DNA of 62,779 bases, counting the filler, from Stramenopiles sp. TOSAG23-3 (taxonomy: Eukaryota): the NCBI GenBank assembly GCA_900128585.1. It is 8 parts of 8 records of this genome, joined end to end, with 100 filler letters (N's around TTAATTAATTAA, not from the genome) between each part and the next. Parts side by side here need not be neighbours in the genome. Positions count along the whole stretch, not along the records: positions 1 to 13,730 come from LT642610.1; 7 more parts are not named here. One strand, 5' to 3'. Of this stretch, positions 1-11,643 are shown in pieces. Under the pieces are notes generated by a model. That model ran no database searches, was not told where the DNA came from, and worked only from the letters and a program-made list of their open reading frames with translations. The first letter of the stretch is position 1; every line of letters starts with the position of its first letter. Both the position numbers and the translations under genes were made by a program.

Positions 1-297
1 AAGAGATGGAGATTTGTCTCAATATAGAAGAAACACAAGAGAGAGAAGACGACGTGTGTGGAACGTTCATTATCACAACAAAAACGATTTCCATTGTGGG
101 TTTTGGATTTCGTTTGTATGGTTTATGAGTTGTGAATGGTTATATATGGATGTGACATTTCATATATAATTTAATTGGACGTTTAGTTTCTTACGGAATT
201 GTTTGTTATGCTTTCAAGAAGCAGCATGTTATATGCTTCATTGTAAGGTTTCAAAAATTAACAACGGGGGAAGAAGAAGAGAAGGATAGCCGAAGTA

Positions 298-1713
298 ATG
301 TCTGGTAAAATAGTCAGCTCTGCAGCTGCCATCGCTGGGTCGACCGTTGGCCTGTTTTCCTTTTATTTGTACCATACAAAACGGTCGCCGTACATCAACC
401 CAAAGGATTATGGCATTTCTTCCGAGGGTTTAGAGAAAGAAACACTTACCCCGAACACAAGGCCCTCGGCGTTTAGGCCGCTCCTCTCCTGCCTCTCGTT
501 TGCCTTCGGCGCGGGTGTCGATACAATTTTCGCGCTAGCCGCTGGGTACGGTCGTGGAAAGCTTCATTTTTCAACAGAGAAATTTGGACCTCTGAAAGAG
601 GCGTTGGAGGTCGCCACAATCATGAAAAACGACTCTTTAACGTGCGACAGCTACCAGTCAGCAGATGAAATGACGCAGAGAATAGGCCACCCAGACATTG
701 AGTGGGAAGGAGAGTGGCGTAAGATCCAACCGAGTGGGTGCTGGGAACGCGATGGAAAATTTTTGTCCCCAGTTTGTCGATTGTTTCGCCCGAGTCTTGT
801 GAATGCTATCTTGAACGAAGAGTCAAAGTACTGCTATGTTCGCTACGTGCTGCCGGGAACGTGCGATCCTACACGGCCAGTCAAGGAGCGCGAGCAAAAG
901 GGAGCGACGGTCCCTCTTGTGATGCACTTGCCTTGCTCTGGTGACCAGTATTACGATTGGCGGTCAAAACATTTCGCGTACCCTTTGGCCGAGGACGAAG
1001 GGATTGGATCCATCATCATAGTGTCACCATTTTACGGACCTCGAAAAATCCCGAACCGGCCCATTCGCGGGGTGCAAGTAAACCGAGTGGCGGACCTGCT
1101 AACCTATGGCATTTGCATTTTAACAGAAGGAGTGAGCATTTTCTCTTACCTGCGAGACACCTGCCCGGAGCACAGGGACGGACGGTTCACTGTCTGTGGG
1201 ATAAGCATGGGGGCGGAGATAGCAGGGCTGATGGCAGCATATTCTCCAATTCCATTCAATGTTGTGGCAGTTGCCCCAGCGCATTGTGCCACCAGTATAT
1301 GGCGAGAGGGGGTGCTAGAAAAAGTGTGCGCGTGGGACAAGATCGAAGAAGAGTTTGGTAGCAGCAAATACGGCGGCGAAGAAAAGAGATTGGTTGTAAA
1401 TAATGTGGGAGCGGAAGTGGGGGAAGAGGAAGTCTTCACACGTGGATATGATTATGTGTTTCATGTATTAGACAAAACGGACCTGCGCCAGTTTAACAAA
1501 CCCTTTAACTGGCTGCCCCCCTCCGAACGGCCCAAGGGGATTGTTATCGGCGCTATCCACGACGCGTACATACCTTTGGAAAGCGTGCGAGAGGTAGCAA
1601 ACATGTGGAAAGGATGGTGTTCCCTTCGGTACATTTTGGGTGGGCACTGCACATTGGTGGTGACTCACAAAGAACTCATTCGGCAATCTATTGCAGAGGT
1701 GAGCAAACGATGA
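298..1713 (+). CDS. ABHD18: ABHD18-like (DUF2048) alpha/beta hydrolase
   Basis: 471-aa ORF with HLPCSGDQ, SPFYGPRK, nucleophile elbow GISMG, GAIHDAYIP (Asp) and GGHC (His), matching the ABHD18/DUF2048 pattern; hydrophobic N-terminus. Confidence 0.85.
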   Translation: MSGKIVSSAAAIAGSTVGLFSFYLYHTKRSPYINPKDYGISSEGLEKETLTPNTRPSAFRPLLSCLSFAFGAGVDTIFALAAGYGRGKLHFSTEKFGPLKEALEVATIMKNDSLTCDSYQSADEMTQRIGHPDIEWEGEWRKIQPSGCWERDGKFLSPVCRLFRPSLVNAILNEESKYCYVRYVLPGTCDPTRPVKEREQKGATVPLVMHLPCSGDQYYDWRSKHFAYPLAEDEGIGSIIIVSPFYGPRKIPNRPIRGVQVNRVADLLTYGICILTEGVSIFSYLRDTCPEHRDGRFTVCGISMGAEIAGLMAAYSPIPFNVVAVAPAHCATSIWREGVLEKVCAWDKIEEEFGSSKYGGEEKRLVVNNVGAEVGEEEVFTRGYDYVFHVLDKTDLRQFNKPFNWLPPSERPKGIVIGAIHDAYIPLESVREVANMWKGWCSLRYILGGHCTLVVTHKELIRQSIAEVSKR

Positions 1714-2382
1714 TCCTCAAAAGCCACCTGTCATGCAAGATAAACATATGAATCCAAACACTTGAAAATGCATTGCTATGCATCGCCTTTTGCAACGGAA
1801 ATAAAATCTACGAAATTCTTAGAATTGAACCACAGACGACTAAAAGGATTCGTTTTTTGTCTGGGTAGAGTATGTATAAATAATCCTCCAGAAATTAGTC
1901 CGTCTGTCGTTCATTTATAGGAGACCTACAAAATGACTATATTTTAAAGGCATGAGGTATTTTAAATTATTATTTTGTTTTCGTATATATACACACAGTA
2001 TATATATTAAAAACTGAAAGGTAGAAAACATACATTAATTCCTTATTTATTAAAGACTCCACCAACGAGCTGCCCCACTGCTGCAGCGCGACAACACCAT
2101 GATGACACCACCATATATAAGTAAATACAATAATAATAATATATAGAAATAATGAGGAGGAGGAGGAGGGAAAAAAAATGTGATGATACGATGAAAAAAA
2201 AAAAAGAAAGAAGAAGAAGAAAAGAAACAATAAACAACATGCAATGTTTGCTTTAAAAAGTGTACGAACATAATAGTAATATACGGAAGTTTTTGTTTTT
2301 GTTTCTGTCTAATAAATACATATACACCGTGAAGTTATTTTGATTTTTACGAATTGAAACGTGCATAAGAGGGTATAATAAA

Positions 2383-2805
2383 ATGTCAATTCGTGGCGTG
2401 ACGCAGTTGTCAAAGCTAACGGTACGGTATTGCCGTCATAGTGGTAGCAGTGTCGGTGTGAGGGAGCACTTGCAAAACAGGTTGATCGATTGGTGCAACG
2501 AACACCCTACAGTGAACGTAGCCTCTGAAGTAAAATCCGGCGGTCACCCAGTTTTGATTGCGAAATATTTGAATGGCAACGAACGGGTAGTAGGTGTTAA
2601 GAATTTGTCGGCCACAGAAATCGAAAAGCACATGACGTTGCTCCGCAACTCAATAGGCTTAAAGACGACAGGTAGAGGTTTGCAGAATCGCTTGAATAGA
2701 CCGGTTATATCCCGCCGACCTAGTATACAAGGAGCATGGACAGACGACGTTGCGGCCCAGCTAATGAATAACCAGTTTGAAGTTACCCATGTTGACAAGG
2801 AGTAA
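2383..2805 (+). CDS. MRPL43: Mitochondrial ribosomal protein mL43 (L51/S25/CI-B8 fold)
   Basis: QLSKLTVRYCRHSGSSVGVRE, HPVLIAKYLNG and C-terminal PSIQGAWT are typical of mL43. Confidence 0.9.
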   Translation: MSIRGVTQLSKLTVRYCRHSGSSVGVREHLQNRLIDWCNEHPTVNVASEVKSGGHPVLIAKYLNGNERVVGVKNLSATEIEKHMTLLRNSIGLKTTGRGLQNRLNRPVISRRPSIQGAWTDDVAAQLMNNQFEVTHVDKE

Positions 2806-2990
2806 CCGTTTTTTGTGCCTTCTTCCGGCGGACGCGAGAAATATTCCGCAGGAGAGTGTCGTTGTGGTGTAATTTCTCTTATTGTATTATTCTGCGAATT
2901 TCTCTTCTCGTAAATCCATGAAAAACAAAAATGTTTCTTATATCACTATAACTATTACAATCCTCTTACTACCTGCGCTTATTAACTTAA

Positions 2991-4142
2991 TCAGCGGTGT
3001 ATTTTATTGTTCCAGCCGGAATTCCACTCTGGGCGTCGGTCTAGCGTTGTGCGCTTCTTGCGAGGGTTGCTCTTTTGAGTGACCAGGTCTGCGCTGGTGA
3101 GATCGCGGGACAGAACGACGCCACTTGACGGGGACTTGAAAGGGCTCTGTCTAGTAGAATTGTTGTAGCGATTTGCTTGAAAACGCCGGCTAACCTTCGA
3201 ATATGAAGGCGAACCAGATCGTCTCACCGCCAGATTTCTCGGGTTTCTTATCACCAGCGTCTTCCTCTTTGCCACGGCAAGGGCTTCCCGGGCGGACTTG
3301 CGCGCCTGCCGCGCTAGCCTGTCGGTCCGGGACGATCTTGCTTGAAAGTTCTTGGCCATCTTCTTCGCCTGCGCGGCAATTGCTTTGATGTACCCCCCCC
3401 TTTTCTCAGCAAGGAATTGGGGTATTGCCTCTTTTATCAATTTTAAGCGCACAATTAACTTTAGCTGCAGCAGCATCTCGTAATTTTGAAAGCAGTTGTA
3501 ACTGCTGCAAAAACTCTCTACACCGTTTCTATCTTCTACAATCAGAGAAATTGGAAACTGCCCATCGGTCGTTACGAATATCGCAACAATGGACGTTGCC
3601 AATTCGTTCTTATTCCCATGCTTCCCGTCAACTTCTTTACCCTCAATATCCACGACATTCAACACAAACAAAAAATCATTATAATACACACTACCAGACA
3701 CAAACGATAGGAAAAGGTCCGAAGCACCGGCGTTCATTAGGAGGACATCAAACACCGTTTCTGCCTCGTTCTTGTCCCTTTTTTCGAAAAAACCCAGGCT
3801 GGCCGAGTGCAGCTTTTGAAACGGGGACTGCACTGGCGGGACGGGGGGCGGGGAAGGTATGGGCGCAGATTCTCTCGGATTGTCCGTCTCAAGCGCAATT
3901 GAGGACAGAGTCAAGCGCTCCATGAATTCAATATCACTCGCCCTCGTGCCGGTCACATTTTCTGTTGGGGGAGTCTCCGGGTATGCTTCTAACGTATGTA
4001 CCAGTTTATCTATGATCGTGTTCAGTTTGTCCTCTATTACACCAGCATTGGGAGAGGCTCGCACCGGAGTAACCGAGGGTCCCCCCGGAGTACGCACAGC
4101 CCCCGATTCTAGACTACCACATTCGGCAGTTCCTGTCTCCAT
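2991..4142 (-). CDS. Hypothetical protein (Pro-rich N-terminus, globular-looking core, basic Ser/Arg-rich C-terminus)
   Basis: 383-aa ATG-initiated ORF filling a GC-rich island bounded by AT-rich DNA; no family recognised. Confidence 0.7.
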   Translation of the reverse strand: METGTAECGSLESGAVRTPGGPSVTPVRASPNAGVIEDKLNTIIDKLVHTLEAYPETPPTENVTGTRASDIEFMERLTLSSIALETDNPRESAPIPSPPPVPPVQSPFQKLHSASLGFFEKRDKNEAETVFDVLLMNAGASDLFLSFVSGSVYYNDFLFVLNVVDIEGKEVDGKHGNKNELATSIVAIFVTTDGQFPISLIVEDRNGVESFCSSYNCFQNYEMLLQLKLIVRLKLIKEAIPQFLAEKRGGYIKAIAAQAKKMAKNFQARSSRTDRLARQARKSAREALAVAKRKTLVIRNPRNLAVRRSGSPSYSKVSRRFQANRYNNSTRQSPFKSPSSGVVLSRDLTSADLVTQKSNPRKKRTTLDRRPEWNSGWNNKIHR

Positions 4143-4433
4143 TTGTTAGCAAAAACGCAACAGCAGTAAAATACAGCACCACAAAAGCGGTCGACTGACT
4201 ATACGCACTATTCCTTATAAAATCTATACACAAGAATATGTACAACAACTTTCTCTTTCTCTCTCCGTAGTATACACACTCGAACGAACGTTCAAAAATT
4301 AACCAATGGCTTCTTTTTTCTCCATTCTAATGGACAAAAACTTGTTTAAATGTTAATACCCCAGACGAGACCTCATTCACTACATCTCTCACATTGAACA
4401 CAATGTCCCAGTGTAGTTCGATCGATATATACC

Positions 4434-4790
4434 TCCTTGGTCTTCTTCTTCTTCTTCTTCTTCTTCTTCTTCTTCTCTCTTCTTCTTCTGTGTTCTTCTT
4501 CTTCTCTCTTCTTCTTCTTCTTCTTCTGTGTTCTTCTTCTTCTTCTTCTTCTTCTGTGTTCTTCTTCTTCTTCTTCTTCTTCTTCTTCTTCTTCTTCTGT
4601 GTTCTTCTTCTTCTCTCTTCTTCTTCTTCTTCTTCTTCTTTCTTCTTCTTCTCTCTTCTTCTTCTCTCTTCTTCTTCTTCTTCTTCTTCTTCTTCTTCTG
4701 TGTTCTTCTTCTTCTTCTTCTTCTTCTTCTTCTCTCTTCTTCTTCTTCTTCTTCTTCTTCTTCTCTCTTCTCTTTTTTTCTTTTTTGTTC
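4434..4790. repeat. Long imperfect (CTT)n/(GAA)n microsatellite
   Basis: About 350 bp of CTT units interrupted by CTCT and CTGTG variants, between divergent genes. Confidence 0.97.
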
Positions 4791-5403
4791 TTTTTTTTTC
4801 CGTCTCTCTTTCGGTCTTCTTCGGGGAGTTTTTGCCGGGTGGCTGGGACAGTATTATAACTACAGTACGATACAATGAAAAAAAATAAAAAAATAAAATA
4901 AATTGAGCTGTTGTTCTCACTGTGATGATGATGATGTGTTATGGTGTGTGATGGTGCTCTAATCTCTTTTTTTTTTTTTCAAACCCAAAACAGCAGTTAT
5001 AAAAATGAAGTTGGTGTTGTTGTAGACCACGTATTAATACAGTATTTAATAATAATTTAATAATATTTTTTAATTAAAAAAAAAAAAAAGCAAAAAAAAA
5101 AATAATTAAAAAAATCTGTTGTTGTTTGTGGTCTTGTTTTGTTGTTGTTGTTTGTTTATATATTATTATTTTATTTTAATTTTCTTCTTCTTCTGTATAT
5201 TATTCTCTACTACTACGGTGTTGGTGTCTGTTATTTTGAATTCAACATTGATTGAATGTTAACTTGAACAAACCACCAATATTTGTATAAATATACGTGT
5301 GTATTGTAAAATTCTTTGGGCATACAATATATAACCTTTGGTACGCATTGTTCGGCCAGAGATTGTTTCTATAATTTGTTGGTAACCGTTCACTGCCAAT
5401 TCA

Positions 5404-8400
5404 ATGTCTTGGTTTACAGGGGGAAGTGGCCAGTCGGCCGCTCGACCGCAAAGGAATCCGGTTGTTGCTAAAGTGGGTCTCCTGGTGGAGAGGCTAAAAA
5501 ATTCAAATAGTTTAGAAGAAGTGCTAGAATCGATCGACCAGCTCAGTGACCTATCGTCTTCGAGTACTGCTGAGGTAGGCGATGGGGCGTTAAACATCTT
5601 GATCGAGCAGCTAAACGGCATCGTTGTTGACGCAGAGGGCGAGGTTGCCGGACAGATACTCCAGGGGATACTTGATATTATCAACTCTGTTTGCACCGTT
5701 CGGGGTAATTCAAGTGAAGAGAATGCGTTGAGATACACCGACGTTTTTCTTCAGAATTTAGACAATGTAAGCACGGTGTTGAACTTGTTGCAGCGTTCCG
5801 AGATGTGGGTAAAATTGAACGGGATCGAACTTTTGAATACGCTGCACAAAAACAGGAAGGGCAGCTTAGAGGACTCCATATTGCACTGCAACGCTGGGAT
5901 GATGCGTTTGATGGACGTCTTGACAGGGGTGCAAATGCACGAAAAGGTTAGAAACGACATGCTTCTGCTGCTTGATAAATTGACCCAAGGGAACGACCGT
6001 ATAAAAGAGTTTGTGGCTTTCCAGGAGGGCTTTGAGCGTCTCTTCCAAATAATCGACCGGGAAGGTCTAAAGAGTGTCGTGGCAATCGATTGCTTGCGCG
6101 TAGTCCAGAACATTCTGGAAGGCAGTGAATTGACAAAAAAACTATTCGCTCAAACCACCTGTATAAACAAATTAGGGGAGCTTTGTTCCCCGCCTAGTGC
6201 CTCCAAGCCATCGACGCAAGGCTTGCCCGGAGCCCCAACGACCAGTGAAAACGGCCCTCGCGACGTAAACGGCGACAACGCGGGCGAGCTGAAACGGTGC
6301 GAAATGGGCATAGTGATTTTAAGCACACTGTTGCAGTGCGACGTCGCCAACGGCGGGACTGGAGAGAAGAAACTAATGTCGCCGTTGAAGGCTGCCCGTT
6401 CGTTTGCGGCCATTGGTCCCGAGAAGAGCAAAAGTGTGGTGGATGTTCGAATAATGCGGTACGTGGACCAAACAAAGAGGATAAAGCAGGGGCTGGTGAA
6501 ATCTGACGCACTGCTGACTTCCCTTCTGTCTTTGGCCACCTCAAAGAACGTTCCGACGGCGTTGAACGTGAGGGGCATCGTTGAACTGGGAAACCTTGTC
6601 TGTGCGTCGGAAAGCGCACAGAACGCCCTTGGCCGTATAGAAATCATTTTGCCCTGGGGGCCTCGCAATATTGTGACCAGAATAGGAGGGGTAAGCATAA
6701 TATTTTCCCTTGCGTTGAACAGTGAATCCAAACAAATTCGCGACGCAGCCGTGTACGCGATTTCGTGTTTTTTCCAAGGGAATGAGACTGGACAAATTTC
6801 CATTGTCGGTCATGCCGTCACCCCCCCACCCATGGACATTTCTGCAAAACACGACGTGCCGAGAGCCCCTGTGGCGGGGCGAATATTGGTAGACACGTTA
6901 GCGTCTGCCGTGAAAGAGCTTCTGGAAGGCGCCAAGGCGGAAGACCACGTGCTCGCACAGTTTTGGCAGACCTGTCGAATTTTGGAGACGCTCTGTGCAG
7001 GCAGTCTGGCGTGCAAGGAATTACTTCTTCGAGTGCCTGTGAAGATGGCCAATGATGCGGACAGTGAGGCCAGGCCATTGACAAACTTTTTCATGCGAGC
7101 ACTTTCTAAATCCATAGGGACGGATGACAGCCGCATTTCACCAAAGTTAAAGATCTATTTCCAAGTGTCCATCTTCCGGTTCATGTGCATCTTGCTTTCC
7201 AAGTGTGCCGCAGCAGTGGCTGCTGTCCTGGGATCCCCGTCCCATCTCAAGACAATATTTGCTTTCCTCGAAATCGGCGGGAACGGTGCCGATAGCGTTA
7301 TACCGCGTGGAATGGCGGGTTTAATGCTTGCGGTAAGTTTGGAAGTGAAAAGCGAAAGGACCCCGATCGTGGCGATGGAGGGTGGGGGCGAGTCCTTTGA
7401 TTCAGACGTCATGAAATTGATTCGGAATGGTGTCGGCCTGGAAAAGTTTTCGGATCTGTTGGATACGTTGATGGCATCAGTCGCGATGAAAGCGGCGAAG
7501 AGCGACGTATTTGCGACATCGTCAGCGTCTGACCGCAGCAGCTCGTCGCAGGAAAATTCAAACGCATGGAACGCTTCGAGCTTGTTTGATTTTTCGTTCA
7601 AAACCTTCGCTGCGGCGACCCAGGAGACCGCTCGACGCCAGCTGATATCTGCGTTTACCGAGCCCCGCACCCCGCGCAAAAACAAAGGCAAAGGCCAGGG
7701 AGGCATGGCGGAGACGGACGTCAACGCCCTGGCTGAAGTGCTGGAGCAGTACAAAGAACTTATTCGAGTCCAGGACAAGGACATCGAAAAATTGCGCAAG
7801 ACTATTCGAAAAATGAAGAAGGAACAAAAAAAAGAAAAGAGCGATTCGTCGGCGACCGGCGAAAATCTGGCATTAGAAGGCAAAAGGGAGAAGAAGGTGG
7901 GCGATTTGGGATTGGCCGACGTCCAGGTGCACGTTTCGTTTTCTCCGGGCACATTGCCCGGAAGCAATGAAGGCGGCAAAGAGGCACTGACCGGCGATAG
8001 CACGGACTTGTCACTGGACTTACAGGAGCAGTTGGGTTTGAAAGATGCCAAGATTTTAGAGCTTGAGACAAAGCTGGAGATGGCCTTCACAAGCAACACC
8101 ATTCACGAGAAAACGAGCAAAGGAAACCAGGAGAAAGAGGAAGAGTTGGCCTTTGCGGCGGAAGAAATTTTGCGCCTTCACGCCCAAGTAGCAAAATTAG
8201 AACGCCAGCTCAGCCGCGCAAGTGGTTCTGGCCCTGCGCTGGAGGAAAAGAGTTCTGGGCAGAAAGTAAAATCCGAGTACGAAGAAATGTACCACGAGCT
8301 GAACGCCGAGCACATGGACCTGTTGGTCCTGCTTGCGAATCAGGAGATTGAAAACAGTGCGTTGGTCGATCAACTGCGGAATGAGCTCGGCGAGGAAGCT

Positions 8401-8463
8401 GTGAGAAAGGCCCGAAAAGTTGCCGCGGACGCGCTCGCCACTGTCGTAGCAACCAGCAGTTGA
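5404..8463 (+). CDS. USO1: General vesicular transport factor p115/USO1
   Basis: ARM-like head motifs (GMMRLMDVL, EKVRNDMLLLL, IKEFVAFQEGFERLFQII, DCLRVVQNIL), coiled coil and C-terminal EHMDLLVLLANQE. Confidence 0.9.
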   Translation: MSWFTGGSGQSAARPQRNPVVAKVGLLVERLKNSNSLEEVLESIDQLSDLSSSSTAEVGDGALNILIEQLNGIVVDAEGEVAGQILQGILDIINSVCTVRGNSSEENALRYTDVFLQNLDNVSTVLNLLQRSEMWVKLNGIELLNTLHKNRKGSLEDSILHCNAGMMRLMDVLTGVQMHEKVRNDMLLLLDKLTQGNDRIKEFVAFQEGFERLFQIIDREGLKSVVAIDCLRVVQNILEGSELTKKLFAQTTCINKLGELCSPPSASKPSTQGLPGAPTTSENGPRDVNGDNAGELKRCEMGIVILSTLLQCDVANGGTGEKKLMSPLKAARSFAAIGPEKSKSVVDVRIMRYVDQTKRIKQGLVKSDALLTSLLSLATSKNVPTALNVRGIVELGNLVCASESAQNALGRIEIILPWGPRNIVTRIGGVSIIFSLALNSESKQIRDAAVYAISCFFQGNETGQISIVGHAVTPPPMDISAKHDVPRAPVAGRILVDTLASAVKELLEGAKAEDHVLAQFWQTCRILETLCAGSLACKELLLRVPVKMANDADSEARPLTNFFMRALSKSIGTDDSRISPKLKIYFQVSIFRFMCILLSKCAAAVAAVLGSPSHLKTIFAFLEIGGNGADSVIPRGMAGLMLAVSLEVKSERTPIVAMEGGGESFDSDVMKLIRNGVGLEKFSDLLDTLMASVAMKAAKSDVFATSSASDRSSSSQENSNAWNASSLFDFSFKTFAAATQETARRQLISAFTEPRTPRKNKGKGQGGMAETDVNALAEVLEQYKELIRVQDKDIEKLRKTIRKMKKEQKKEKSDSSATGENLALEGKREKKVGDLGLADVQVHVSFSPGTLPGSNEGGKEALTGDSTDLSLDLQEQLGLKDAKILELETKLEMAFTSNTIHEKTSKGNQEKEEELAFAAEEILRLHAQVAKLERQLSRASGSGPALEEKSSGQKVKSEYEEMYHELNAEHMDLLVLLANQEIENSALVDQLRNELGEEAVRKARKVAADALATVVATSS

Positions 8464-8675
8464 GGGGGGCGCGGGTGCGTGCCACGCCCGTCCAATATTT
8501 TTAGTCGCTTTTAGATGAAAAGTATTTTTTACACACACTTCGTTAATTAAGTACAAAGTACAGCGCGCTCACTAACTTCGTTGCACGCTTCAGCACCCCA
8601 CCTTCTAACGGTTTGAAAGGGAAGCATGCTGCATGCCGCCGGGGACAAGCGATACAAAAGAATTCTGAAACTAAT

Positions 8676-9524
8676 CTACAACATAAATCCCAAATCGGCG
8701 TTAAACTTGCCATCTCCAAAGTATGCACCACCGAAACTTCCATCTTCAAGATCGTGGAAGAAAAAGTAACCGGGGAACTCCAAACTTCTGATATGAGCCA
8801 TGTCGCATGAGGCGTTTAGCGCGCACGCCCATGCACCGACGGGCGAGGGACCTTTGGAGGCGGGACGGGAGTCACCAACTTGGTCAAGGACATCTTCCAT
8901 GCTTGCTGCGCCAGTCTTATTGGCCCACTCGCTAGCACGAGCTTGGGGGGGTCGAATATGGTAGTAGTTCGAAAGAACATTTGCTTCCGAGGCCGACAAA
9001 CCGTAAAAGCTTGAGTTCGGCGCCAAGGCTCCACTGGGGCCCACCGAGTAACTGCCCCGGGGCGCGATGGACGTCGCGTTGTCGACTGCCCATACAACGT
9101 ACGCCAAGTGGTGTACCTCACGGTACGTGGCGTCGGCCGCGGTAATATCATCGTCTCCTTCCTTCAATTCTTCCTTCGCTTCTTCGCCGATCGGCTTCGC
9201 AGCATCACCTTCGAAGCGGTATGTACTGTGTAGTTTCTGTGCAGAGGCAAGCTGTGCCGGGCTAAGTTGGGCCTTGACAAGCTTCTTCAGTTCCCAGTCA
9301 CCGGCTTGGCAGTAATAAAAGTTTTTCGACGGAAAGACCGTGGAGTTGTCATTGCTGCAGCAGACGATGTAATCCTTCTTCGTGCCGTTGATTTTCCCCC
9401 AGAATTTGACTTGCCCCGCACCTTCTGCGCGTGCTTTCATCATGGACGCTTTCATTGCGACGCGTTCTTCAACGTTTAGCCCGCTCCCGAAGGTGGAGAT
9501 TTTTCCTAAATGAGATAGATTCAT
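8676..9524 (-). CDS. RSPH9: Radial spoke head protein 9
   Basis: GLNVEER, FWGKINGTKKDY, IAPRG, RSLEFPGYFFFH and C-terminal YFGDGKFNADLGFML. Confidence 0.92.
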   Translation of the reverse strand: MNLSHLGKISTFGSGLNVEERVAMKASMMKARAEGAGQVKFWGKINGTKKDYIVCCSNDNSTVFPSKNFYYCQAGDWELKKLVKAQLSPAQLASAQKLHSTYRFEGDAAKPIGEEAKEELKEGDDDITAADATYREVHHLAYVVWAVDNATSIAPRGSYSVGPSGALAPNSSFYGLSASEANVLSNYYHIRPPQARASEWANKTGAASMEDVLDQVGDSRPASKGPSPVGAWACALNASCDMAHIRSLEFPGYFFFHDLEDGSFGGAYFGDGKFNADLGFML

Positions 9525-9837
9525 GGTTGCAACGCGTGATAGATTTTATTCTTCGTCTTATATATATATTTCAGATAAATTCTTTGTACACTGTTTCTTA
9601 ACATTATTGGACGTCTTAAATACGAATATTCCTCTTCACTCCTTGATTTCCTTTTTCATAACATGTACATATATATATTTATCACATAAACATTCATTAC
9701 TTTCCTTTTGTGATCGTCAAAATTATTATTAAAATAATAACATACACGCGAAGAATAAGAAGAAGAAGAGAAAAAATAATAAAAATAAAATGTGCTGTGC
9801 AATATAACTAAATAGTACTACAATAACACTAACTACT

Positions 9838-9920
9838 AGGAAGGAAGGAAGGAAGGAAGGAAGGAAGGAAAAATAATGTAGGAAGGAAGGAAGGAAGGAA
9901 GGAAGGAAGGAAGGAAGGAA
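9838..9920. repeat. (AAGG)n microsatellite
   Basis: Two AAGG tracts separated by AAATAATGT. Confidence 0.95.
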
Positions 9921-11643
9921 GAGGAAAGGGAAGATGATTTTTGTTTTTGAATGGTATGCTAGTAAGGTGTTAAAACGGTGAATGATAATAACGAACATCT
10001 CTGTTCTCTCTTTCTCCTTTCGAATCGAATTAATTACCGGTATACATCTCTTTGAAAATAAGGATGTGTACATTTTTATATTTTTCTTGGTTTAATATTA
10101 ATCATATAGTATAATGGTATTATATAATAGCTTCATTTATATATTTAACCTTATTTTATAGAAGTTTTGGAAGGGAGTGGATGCGTTTCTTCTCTGCATG
10201 AAATATCAATGCTATTTGTATGTCTATTTATTCTTTGATTAAACTATTTCTTCTATAACCGTTTCTTTTCTTGTTGTTCCTACAGAAAAGAAAGAAAGAA
10301 AACACAACTTTTAAAGAAAGAAGAAAAAACGAATAAATTGATAGGTAATTATTGTATATGAAATATACAATAGAAGTATAATACACTGGAAATCAAAATG
10401 AAATAGAATGGTAACAACAAAAGAATAGGAAAGACAAAGAGAAAATAGAAAGAAGAATAGAGGAAAGCGGAGTAAATCTTTTACCGAGTGCTGTGTAGGA
10501 AGTAATTCGTTCATAGTATTTACCTTTTCTCAAAACCTTTTCGTGTCAACGTACATCGGTTTCCCCGCGCCCGTTTTCATTCCTGGATTATTTTTTATTA
10601 CTATACTGTATAGCGTATAATGTAAAATTTCTTTAGAAAGAAGAAGAAGAATATATTTATTATTAATTTTGTTATTTTTAATCATAGAAATTATTTCTTA
10701 AAAATTAAAACGTTCAAGGGTCAATAGAATGGGAATAGAATGGAATATCAATTCGGCCATGGAAACAAAAAGTCCAATGTACAGCGTCTTTAGGGCGGTG
10801 GGGTCATCACCAATAAATAATTATATTGACACAGCATTAAAATATCAATTTATTATTTTTCGGACAATATCAGAATACTACTACTATACAGGAGGACTAC
10901 ATCTGCCTCCATTCGATCCATTTTTTTTTATTAAATTAATAAAAAAAAAACTAACTAGAAAAATAAAACCATTTGATCTCTTTGATATAATTAAGGATAA
11001 AATATGTATTTCTTTTATATAAATATTATAGAAGATTAATTAATATATTACATAATTATAGAATAAATTATTCTCTTTAAGCTTATACAAAAAGCCTTAA
11101 TTATGAATAAACGGAGCGATTATTTGGAAATGAAATAAAGCAGCGTCGTAAAAATTATTTTTTTATTAATTATTATTAAAATATATTATTATAATAAAAA
11201 ATAATATATTATAAGAGATTATATTTTTTAGGATTAGCAGCTATACAGTATTGGAAACGAGCGAGGAAAAAACCCAAAAAAAAAAAAAAGAAATGCCGCC
11301 TGCCGCCGTAGTGGTAGTACCTTGGGTATGTGCGCAACCATTTATTTTTGTGTACTTTCGTTCACGTTTGCGTTCCAATTGGTACATAAATAAAAAGCAA
11401 TTCGTTGAAAATGAGACCAGAGAAGCACAAAAGTCAAACAAATTAGTTGTTTTTATTAGGATCTGTTGTTGTGGTAGTGGACGACCACGTTTTTCGGGGT
11501 TAGTAGTAATAGTGGTAGTAGTAGGAAGTTTCAGTCGTAAGCGGGGATACGTTTGTTGTTGCGGGCGCCGTTCAGATAAATACTAGGTAGTGCGAACGAG
11601 ACGTGTTAAAAGTATAGTTATATAGTCATTTCAATAGAAGACG

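Noticed and set aside
4327..4920. Poly-Glu/Lys/Arg and poly-Leu/Ser/Phe ORFs
   Set aside because: Translations of the (CTT)n microsatellite. The same applies to ORFs at 1970-2271, 9729-10073, 16554-17023, 27237-27599 and 41929-42120 in simple-repeat DNA.
7155..8102. Long antisense ORFs (also 6150-6803, 21845-22633, 51423-52043, 55450-56238)
   Set aside because: Shadows of well-supported genes on the opposite strand, with no motifs of their own.
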